From NCBI GenBank assembly GCA_037381445.1, contig JARRQT010000023.1, forward strand, positions 1 to 22,337: a DNA stretch of 22,337 bases. The letters are read 5' to 3'. This DNA is from Calditrichia bacterium (GTDB lineage: Bacteria > Calditrichota > Calditrichia > RBG-13-44-9). Shown piece by piece: positions 7,410 to 14,375 of the stretch. A model generated the notes under the pieces. It had not been told where the DNA came from and searched no databases. It saw only the letters and a program-made list of their open reading frames with translations. A program made the position numbers and the translations under genes. Each line of letters begins with the position of its first letter. The first letter of the stretch is position 1.

Positions 7410-9191
7410 TTATTTCTCTCTCAGCCAGTGTTTTCGTATTGAAAAGGCGGCAACCTTGGGCTGGCGCTGGCGCGTAAACACGCCTTTTTTGTTCAGGACC
7501 AGCCGGCGGTGATGCTGGGCGGTGCGAAAGTCGGCAAAATTCCAGATATGCTCCCCGGCCATAAATGGCAATGATTCTATGATATCAAAATAGGTCTGAA
7601 TAAGAATTGCCTGGTATTCTTCAGTGAAAAGCTGCGGATATGTGGCATGCTCTCCTTCAATAGTGTCGGCGCCAAACTCGGTTACCAGAATCGGCTTCTT
7701 ATATTTCTCATACAGATTCTCAAGCTCTTTGCGGAAAAAATTTCCCGCTTCCTCCAGGTTTCCCGGTATCTCATACCAGCCCCAGTAACGGTTCACTGAA
7801 ATGAAGTCAACAAATTTGTAACCGGGATCCTCCTCTCCCAGCCTGGGGCAGGTCGGCAGGGTGACGGGCCGGGAAACGTCCAGCGATTTGCTGTGATCAT
7901 AAATCTCTTTCCAATATTTTCGGGCGTAATCGGAGAGGGCTTCTTCTTCGCCCCAGATTCCCGGTTCATTGGCAATGCTCCAGGCTATCACCGAAGGATG
8001 GTTGCAGTCCCGCCCTATCAACTCCGTTATCGCCTGCTTATGATTTTCCAAGGTCTTCCCGGTAACATATTTAAAATTCAGGCTCACCGCCGCCACTTCA
8101 TCTACGACAAGAAATCCCATGCGGTCAGCCATCTGGATAATCTCTTCGGCATAAGGATAATGGGAGGTCCGGAAGGAATTTGCGCCAATCCATTTCATCA
8201 ACTGAAAATCTTTGACAATGACCGGGTGAGAGAGACCCTTGCCCAGCACATCAAAATCCTCATGCTTGCCGAAACCCTTCAAAAACAACGGCCGACCGTT
8301 CAGCAAAAGTTTTTCTCCCTCAATCCTGATTTCCCTCACGCCTGTCTCGAGAAAATACTCATCTACCGCTTCGCCATTGACATGAAGCGTAAACCGAAGC
8401 CGGTAAAGATGGGGATTTTCAGGAGACCAGAATTTACAATTCTCGATCTTCAGCTCGCCGCTGAATTCTTCGCCGGAAGCCTCCGCCTGCTGCCGCATGA
8501 TGCAGTTTTCGCCGTTGAACAGAGCCAATTCCAACCGGGCATTCCTGGGCGATACATTTATCTCCGCCCGGTATTTCAAAATTCCGTCGGCAGCAGAAAT
8601 TACAGGCTCCAACCGGATTTTCTGCAGGTGGCTTTGGGGCATACCGATCAGTTTGACCGGACGATGAATACCCCCGTAGGCGAAAAAATCAAAAACGGTG
8701 GAAGGAAAGGACTGGTCCCGCTCCTTGTTGAATTCCCGGAAGTTTTCCTCCGTAATTCCCTGCGGTATGGTATCGTGCGTCAGCAGATTGTCCACACAGA
8801 CCACCAGCAGATTATCTTTTGCGCTTTCGGTGAGATCGCTTATATCAAATTCAAAAGGCAGATACCCGCCGGAGTGCTCACCGGCAAAATTTCCGTTCAC
8901 CCAGACCAGCGCATGAAAATCGGCTGACCCGAAGTGCAGAAAATGCCGATTTTCCCTTAGTGTATCCGGAACACTGAAACGGGTTTGATACCACATTTTC
9001 CCGACATAATTCATGTATCCCAATTCAGACAACTGCTCATTCCAGCTTCCCGGAACGGCAATTTCTGCTTCGGGGGTGAATCCGTGAAACCATTCGTTCT
9101 TGAGGCCATCATCATTTGCATCACTTCTGATCTGCCAGAATCCGGAGAGATCAATCGTCGTTCTGAAGCGGTTATTCTGCGGGTATAACAA
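7410..9191 (-). CDS. uidA: Beta-glucuronidase (GH2), cytoplasmic
   Basis: 593 aa. TTG start (MLYPQ) with AAGGA upstream and an in-frame TGA just before it; no signal peptide. Motifs AVPGSWNE, HSGGYLPFE, FDFFAYGGIHRPV, GFGKHED, NSFRTSHYPY, WSIANEP (acid/base Glu), TEFGAD (nucleophile Glu), WNFADF, and the uronate-recognising NKKG. Confidence 0.93.
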   Translation of the reverse strand: MLYPQNNRFRTTIDLSGFWQIRSDANDDGLKNEWFHGFTPEAEIAVPGSWNEQLSELGYMNYVGKMWYQTRFSVPDTLRENRHFLHFGSADFHALVWVNGNFAGEHSGGYLPFEFDISDLTESAKDNLLVVCVDNLLTHDTIPQGITEENFREFNKERDQSFPSTVFDFFAYGGIHRPVKLIGMPQSHLQKIRLEPVISAADGILKYRAEINVSPRNARLELALFNGENCIMRQQAEASGEEFSGELKIENCKFWSPENPHLYRLRFTLHVNGEAVDEYFLETGVREIRIEGEKLLLNGRPLFLKGFGKHEDFDVLGKGLSHPVIVKDFQLMKWIGANSFRTSHYPYAEEIIQMADRMGFLVVDEVAAVSLNFKYVTGKTLENHKQAITELIGRDCNHPSVIAWSIANEPGIWGEEEALSDYARKYWKEIYDHSKSLDVSRPVTLPTCPRLGEEDPGYKFVDFISVNRYWGWYEIPGNLEEAGNFFRKELENLYEKYKKPILVTEFGADTIEGEHATYPQLFTEEYQAILIQTYFDIIESLPFMAGEHIWNFADFRTAQHHRRLVLNKKGVFTRQRQPKVAAFSIRKHWLREK

Positions 9192-9301
9192 AAACCATTC
9201 CTTTCCATTAATTCATATTCACTGTCATTCGAAAATTGCATTCAACATTGAAATTGCCAGAAGTCTATCTGCATCGTCCCACATGAAATATTTTAAAACT
9301 T

Positions 9302-9341
9302 AATAAAACGGCTGTCCCGCAGCCGGCGCCGCGGGACAACC
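9302..9341 (-). terminator. Rho-independent terminator downstream of the secreted beta-helix gene
   Basis: Minus strand reads GGTTGTCCCGCGGC-GCCG-GCTGCGGGACAGCC then GTTTTATTAAGTTTT. The 14-bp stem has two G-U pairs that form only on the minus strand, and it starts 14 nt after the stop at 9355. Confidence 0.8.
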
Positions 9342-9354
9342 TGTCCGTAATCCA

Positions 9355-11694
9355 TTACTTCAAAAACATCATCTTCCGTGTTTTTACATAGTTACCAGCT
9401 TCAATGCGGAAGAAATACAGACCACTGCCCACAAGTCTGCCGTTGGCGTCTCTGCCATTCCATGCAACCTTATGGGCACCTTCCAATTGCTGCCCGTTCA
9501 CCAGGATCATTACTTCCTGGCCAATCACATTATAAACAACGATTCTTACGTCCGAGGCTTTGGGAACATAATATTCAATTGTGGTGCTGGGATTGAAGGG
9601 ATTCGGGTAATTCTGCTTGAGATCGAATCCTTTTGCCACATTCCCGTGCTGATCTTCGATGCCGCTCAGTGGCACCCAGCGGGAATCGCCAATTACATTT
9701 CCGTCATCACCCCTGGCAATGCCGCTGAAGAATTCGCTTACCGTGAAGTTAAAATTCGCCGGATCGGCGAATTCCGGATCTTCCGCAAACATACTCTCCG
9801 TTGTCAAATCGAGGAAGCGGCTGAAACCGCCGGTGATGAAGGTATCACAATAGGCAACCGTTGCACTGGTGTAGGTCTGTGCGGAATCGGCATCCAAAAC
9901 CGAACCATCCACATTACTGAATATGGAATTCTTCACCATAATATCAGTGCCATTATTGATTTTCAGCGCATCCTGCCCGATGCCGTAATAGGTGCAGTGA
10001 TTTACCATGACCTTCGTGGTATCCACACCCTCAGCGGGCATAAGAATCCCATAGATACCTCTGGCGGCGATATCGGCGAAGGTGCAATTTTCCACCAGCA
10101 ACTTACCAACCTGACCGGGTGCCTGCGTCGGACTGTCAAAACGTAATCCGTGTTTGGCAATCCGGGTCATGGTGCAATTTGAGAATTCCATATAGAGCGA
10201 ATAAGGTGCATCATCATCAACCCGCAGCACATAGCCTTCCGGCGGATTTTCCGTGCTCACGAAGTAATCAAAATCCACATCATCACAAATCAGAATATAG
10301 GGATCATTCATACCGCGGATCCGCATGGCATATTTCGTGGAATCCTTGGCATCCGTTACGCCGTCATCCACCATGCCGGTTACTTTCAGATGGGAAAGAC
10401 CGAAATAGGTGCAGTCGCCGGTGGGTTCAAAGGGACGATCCGGATTGGCTGATTCAATGACAGGCTTCTCAATACCGTCCGCACCGCGGACCAGCAACGG
10501 CATCTTGATCTTTGTGCGGTCATTTTCCAGATAAGTGCCCCCGGGCGTTACCAGTTCAATGACATCCGAGCCATAGGTGTTTGCAACATCATAAGCCGCT
10601 GAGAACTGATCAGTGCCGGCTTCAATCTGCAATACTCCGTTGACAAGCGGATTATCCGGATCCCAGCGAAGATCGCCGATCACCATGCCATCGGTACCAA
10701 CCGCATTATCTTTAAAGAAAGAACTCACTGTAAAATCAAAACCAGCCGGATCTGCAAATTCGGGATCCTCAGCATAAATATTTTGGGTAGTCAAATCCAG
10801 GAATCTGCTAAAACCCCCGGCATTGTTCAGCGTATCGCAGTTACTGACATTCATTCTGGTATAAACCTGGGCGGAATCCGCGGTCAGTATATCATCGCCA
10901 ATTCCATAAAAAATACAATTATCGATCGTCACGTTCCGTCCCTGATTCACCTGGATCGCATCCTGGCCTATATCAGTAAACGTACAATGATTCAATGATA
11001 CAACGGCCGAATCGACGCCGGTTTCATTGAGCAGATCAATATTCAGGCCACGGGCCGCCACCTGGGCGAAAGTGCAGTTGTCAAATGTCAGGTGCCCAAA
11101 CTGTCCGGGCGCCACAGTGGGAGCATCCGCACGGAACACATGCTTTCCGATCCGGGTGAATGTACAATTCTTGAAGACAATTTCATCCGCATAAGGCGCA
11201 TCGTCGTCAATCCGGATGACATACCCTTCGGGGGGATTTTCCTGGCTATAGAAATAGTCGAAGTCCACCTTTTCACAGAAGATGGAATAGGGGCCGTCCA
11301 TGCCTCGTACCCGCATGGCGTACTTTGTGGAATCGTTGGAATCGGTAATACCATCATCCAAAAAACCGGTAATTTTCAAACCGTACAGCCTGAAATAGTT
11401 GCAGGCCCCGGTAGGCTCAAAAGGCCGATCTGCGGAAAGAGAAATAATTTCCGGTTTTTCGCTTAATCCGATGTCACCGGTGATGGTCAGCGCCTTTTTA
11501 ATTTTAATCCGATCGGATTCAATATATTTCCCGCCATCCGTGGTCAAAACGATGACATCTCCGGAATCTGCCTCAGCGACCGCAGCAGCAATCTGATCCG
11601 TCCCTGCCTCTATCGGGATCACTTTCTGTGCTTGGGCGCTTAGCATAAACAATGAGAACAAAAGCAACAGTGGTACCAAAAACTTCTTTTTCAT
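9355..11694 (-). CDS. Secreted protein with two tandem right-handed beta-helix (pectin lyase-like; DUF4957/DUF5123-like) modules and a C-terminal T9SS type A / FlgD-Ig sorting domain
   Basis: Start placed at ATG 11694 (GGAGG 5 nt upstream) rather than 11706. Signal peptide MKKKFLVPLLLLFSLFMLSAQA. Repeated NCTF/HCTF coils; each module ends DPEFADPA..FTVS..IGDxRW. Tail LKQNYPNPFNPSTTI..YNVIGQEV..WNGRD..SGLYF..KMMFLK. Confidence 0.85.
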   Translation of the reverse strand: MKKKFLVPLLLLFSLFMLSAQAQKVIPIEAGTDQIAAAVAEADSGDVIVLTTDGGKYIESDRIKIKKALTITGDIGLSEKPEIISLSADRPFEPTGACNYFRLYGLKITGFLDDGITDSNDSTKYAMRVRGMDGPYSIFCEKVDFDYFYSQENPPEGYVIRIDDDAPYADEIVFKNCTFTRIGKHVFRADAPTVAPGQFGHLTFDNCTFAQVAARGLNIDLLNETGVDSAVVSLNHCTFTDIGQDAIQVNQGRNVTIDNCIFYGIGDDILTADSAQVYTRMNVSNCDTLNNAGGFSRFLDLTTQNIYAEDPEFADPAGFDFTVSSFFKDNAVGTDGMVIGDLRWDPDNPLVNGVLQIEAGTDQFSAAYDVANTYGSDVIELVTPGGTYLENDRTKIKMPLLVRGADGIEKPVIESANPDRPFEPTGDCTYFGLSHLKVTGMVDDGVTDAKDSTKYAMRIRGMNDPYILICDDVDFDYFVSTENPPEGYVLRVDDDAPYSLYMEFSNCTMTRIAKHGLRFDSPTQAPGQVGKLLVENCTFADIAARGIYGILMPAEGVDTTKVMVNHCTYYGIGQDALKINNGTDIMVKNSIFSNVDGSVLDADSAQTYTSATVAYCDTFITGGFSRFLDLTTESMFAEDPEFADPANFNFTVSEFFSGIARGDDGNVIGDSRWVPLSGIEDQHGNVAKGFDLKQNYPNPFNPSTTIEYYVPKASDVRIVVYNVIGQEVMILVNGQQLEGAHKVAWNGRDANGRLVGSGLYFFRIEAGNYVKTRKMMFLK
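9676..11613 (-). repeat. Intragenic tandem duplication of a ~320-aa module (987-nt period)
   Basis: IEAGTDQ begins at ~11613 and ~10626; IGDxRW ends at ~10663 and ~9676. Shared blocks include DRPFEPTG, DSTKYAMR, ENPPEGYV.R.DDDAPY, APGQ.G, IGQDA, ADSAQ, GGFSRFLDLTT, AEDPEFADPA. Confidence 0.92.
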
Positions 11695-11773
11695 AAAGAC
11701 CTCCATTGATTAGTATGTGGTTCCTGTTTATTTGTATGAAGCGATTAACATAAAATCAGATCAATTGCTGGTT

Positions 11774-13297
11774 TTATTGCACTGTAAATAAAGATGTATA
11801 GTCATATTCCAAAGACATGCCATGAATATCCTGCGCGCCGGCCTGATGCCGCCAGCTGTCACCGGTAAAAGCGCCCCCTACCAACAGGTAATAATTCCAG
11901 TGCGGAATCAGTGATTTTTGAAGAGTAAATATCATTTTGGTCGCTTTCGGATTTTGCTCGAATGGGGTTGGCACATCCAACCCGGTGTCACCATACTGGT
12001 AGGGTTGCGCAGTAACAGTATCCCCTTCCACAGTAACAAATTGCATCTCTCCCTGCCACTCTTCAAAAGAGAAGCTCCCCCGGACCAGCAGGCTTTGCTG
12101 ATCAATTTCATCTGCCACATTCCAGGTAACTCCCTGATCCAAACTTCTATATATGCCTTTATTGGTGGCCGCTAACAGATTCTGACCATCAGAAGGGCTA
12201 ATCAGCAGATCAAGGTTCTCTTCTCCGGCCGCCGGAATATCCACCTTTTCCCACGTTCCGGCGCTGTCTTTACTGACAAATATTTGTCCCGGCGTCAGGG
12301 CATAGACCCTGAGGCTGTTGGAAGGATCGACCCGAACCTGCCGGGTATTCAGGTCATCAATACCGTTATTGGCTTCACTCCAGTTTTCTCCCGCATCGGT
12401 GCTTTTATAAATGCCGCGGTTAATGGTGGCAGCATACAGAACCATGCCATTCGCCGGATCAATTTCAATGTCGTAAATCCGCGAAGTCGGCAATGTTTTC
12501 GAGGTGCCGCGAATAAGCGTCCAGGCAGTTCCCCCATCGATGCTTTTATAAATATAGCGGCCGAGGGTGGCGGCATAAACAATTGAAGAATTCCCGGGAT
12601 CAACCGCGATTTTTTTATATTCCTGTCCGCTCCAGCTGGGAGGCGTTCCGGTGCTCTGCCAGCTTTCTCCCCCGTCGCTGCTTTTATAAATGCCGTGAGA
12701 GGTCCCCAGCCATACAGTCCTGCTGTTCAATCCATCGAAGCTAATCGTGTGGATCGCAATTCCTGAAGGCAGACCATTCCCGGCTTCAGACCAGTCAATT
12801 CCTTTGTCCTGGCTGCGGAAAAGGGCGCTGTCGGTCGCAGCAAAGATAATCCGGGAATCTGTGGGATCAATAGCGGTGATCCGTATCCGTTTATCGGTCA
12901 GGTTTTCGATAAATTTCCAGCTGCTTCCGCCGTTGTCCGAATAGAGTATTCCTTTGACGCCATATCCCAGAAACAGAAAATTCGGTTCGCTGCCGCTAAT
13001 GGCTATGGAAGCCACCGATTGAACATTTGTCCAGGGAAGCACGTCAGGGGTGATAGAGATTGAAAAATTTTCACTCACCGTATTCTGGTTCATTAATTCA
13101 TCGAACCAGACCGTTGCTTCCCGCGTGTCTGAGGTGATAATACTTTCATCACCGGGGAGGCTGTAGGCCACCTTTGGCCGCCGGGTATCGTTCTGTTCCG
13201 GGGCCACCGGTGAGCGGTCCGGAAAACATCCGTTCATCAGATATAGCAGGCTTATGAGCAAAATTAAAACAGTCAATTTTTTTGATATTCGATTCAT
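11774..13297 (-). CDS. Lipoprotein with a BNR/Asp-box beta-propeller (VPS10/YCF48-like) and an Ig-like (Big_5/SbsA-type) domain
   Basis: Lipoprotein signal MNRISKKLTVLILLISLLYLMNG-C. Seven Asp-box-like motifs: SDNGGSSW, SQDKGIDW, SSDGGESW, SIDGGTAW, STDAGENW, SKDSAGTW, SLDQGVTW. The start is uncertain: ATG 13297 (AAAGG upstream), ATG 13318, or TTG 13339 overlapping the porV-like stop. Confidence 0.8.
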   Translation of the reverse strand: MNRISKKLTVLILLISLLYLMNGCFPDRSPVAPEQNDTRRPKVAYSLPGDESIITSDTREATVWFDELMNQNTVSENFSISITPDVLPWTNVQSVASIAISGSEPNFLFLGYGVKGILYSDNGGSSWKFIENLTDKRIRITAIDPTDSRIIFAATDSALFRSQDKGIDWSEAGNGLPSGIAIHTISFDGLNSRTVWLGTSHGIYKSSDGGESWQSTGTPPSWSGQEYKKIAVDPGNSSIVYAATLGRYIYKSIDGGTAWTLIRGTSKTLPTSRIYDIEIDPANGMVLYAATINRGIYKSTDAGENWSEANNGIDDLNTRQVRVDPSNSLRVYALTPGQIFVSKDSAGTWEKVDIPAAGEENLDLLISPSDGQNLLAATNKGIYRSLDQGVTWNVADEIDQQSLLVRGSFSFEEWQGEMQFVTVEGDTVTAQPYQYGDTGLDVPTPFEQNPKATKMIFTLQKSLIPHWNYYLLVGGAFTGDSWRHQAGAQDIHGMSLEYDYTSLFTVQ

Positions 13298-13335
13298 TAG
13301 AAAACCTTTATTTTCCATGGTGTTTTGAGAACCTG

Positions 13336-14361
13336 TCAAAATGCAAAAATAAATGAGAAGAACTGGGTGTTTGAAAACGGTCCAAAATCCTGGTAAGCGT
13401 AATCAAGGCGCATTTCACTTCCCATTACATTAAGATTGACGCCCGCGCCAAGGGAGAATTTCTCCTCATCATAATTGAATTTATATCCGCCGCGCAGAAA
13501 TACCTTTTCCAGAAAAGCGAATTCGCCACCGACCATAATGCGGTGAATAAAGTCGCGCGAATCCATCACGTCGCTGCTCAGTGTTAAACGATATTTGTCA
13601 TTCTTCATCACATCTGAGGCCAGACCGAAACGGAAAAGCAGCGGAATGTCCCAATCATCCGTTTTCAGATTAGCGCGGATCACTTTGGTTGGAAACTGCG
13701 GATTGCTGGTATACTGGACGGAGAGATCTGTGCCGGAGAAATGCATCCGCCCGCCCAGGTTGGAAAGTGACATACCGATTCGCATTCCGTTAAAAAAATT
13801 GGTTTCAAAAATACTGCCGATATCCACAGCAATCGTTCCGGCGGATTCTCTGTCCAGGGTTTCCTGAATATATTTCAGAGCCACGCCGGCAGAGAACCTT
13901 TCAGTGATTCTGCGGGAATAGGCCAGGTTAAGTGAAAAGTCATTGGCGGTAAAGGTCCGGCCTGTGCCGTCCGGCGCGCTGAGAGTAGTCTCTTCAATGT
14001 CCCCGGATGTAAAATAATGAAATCCGAGTCCAAGCGTGCCCAAAAGCGGAAAGTTGTAGCTTGCGCCCACAAAATAAATTTTGCTGTCAACCAGCCAGTT
14101 GCTTTGCTGTATGATGGCTTCGTTTTTTGAGAGTCGCGCTAAGGCCCCAGGATTCCAGTAGATTGCACTCACATCTTCCGAAAGCGCAACATAAGCGCCC
14201 CCCATGGCCACTGCGCGCGCACCCACCCCGATTTTCAGAAAATTCGCGGTCGAGGTGCCAACGCTCTCAATGCTGCTGCTGTTCTGCCCGAAAGCGGGAA
14301 TCAAAAACACCAGCAAAATGCACGCTATCCATTTATAAATGCTTGAGGTACCTGCTATCAT
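13336..14361 (-). CDS. PorV/PorQ family (UPF0164, FadL-like) outer-membrane beta-barrel
   Basis: 341 aa with a signal peptide and GTSTANFLKIGVGARAVAMGGAYVA..DVSAIYWNPGAL, DGTGRTF, SNLGG, DIPLLFRFG, FLRGGY, LDYAY, ending in Phe. SD GGTGAGG. Confidence 0.9.
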   Translation of the reverse strand: MIAGTSSIYKWIACILLVFLIPAFGQNSSSIESVGTSTANFLKIGVGARAVAMGGAYVALSEDVSAIYWNPGALARLSKNEAIIQQSNWLVDSKIYFVGASYNFPLLGTLGLGFHYFTSGDIEETTLSAPDGTGRTFTANDFSLNLAYSRRITERFSAGVALKYIQETLDRESAGTIAVDIGSIFETNFFNGMRIGMSLSNLGGRMHFSGTDLSVQYTSNPQFPTKVIRANLKTDDWDIPLLFRFGLASDVMKNDKYRLTLSSDVMDSRDFIHRIMVGGEFAFLEKVFLRGGYKFNYDEEKFSLGAGVNLNVMGSEMRLDYAYQDFGPFSNTQFFSFIFAF

Positions 14362-14375
14362 TCTAAAGCCTCACC

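Noticed and set aside
7893..8927. 344-aa plus-strand ORF
   Set aside because: It lies fully antisense to the well-supported GH2 gene and has no recognisable motifs, so it is a codon-bias shadow ORF.
9181..9192. TTGTTATACCC at the uidA start resembling the TTGTTATAAC candidate operator
   Set aside because: The sequence is explained by the conserved MLYP N-terminus, and the match is too short to support.
9472..10146. 224-aa plus-strand ORF and the other short plus-strand or alternate-frame ORFs
   Set aside because: All overlap convincing minus-strand genes and show no independent evidence of coding.
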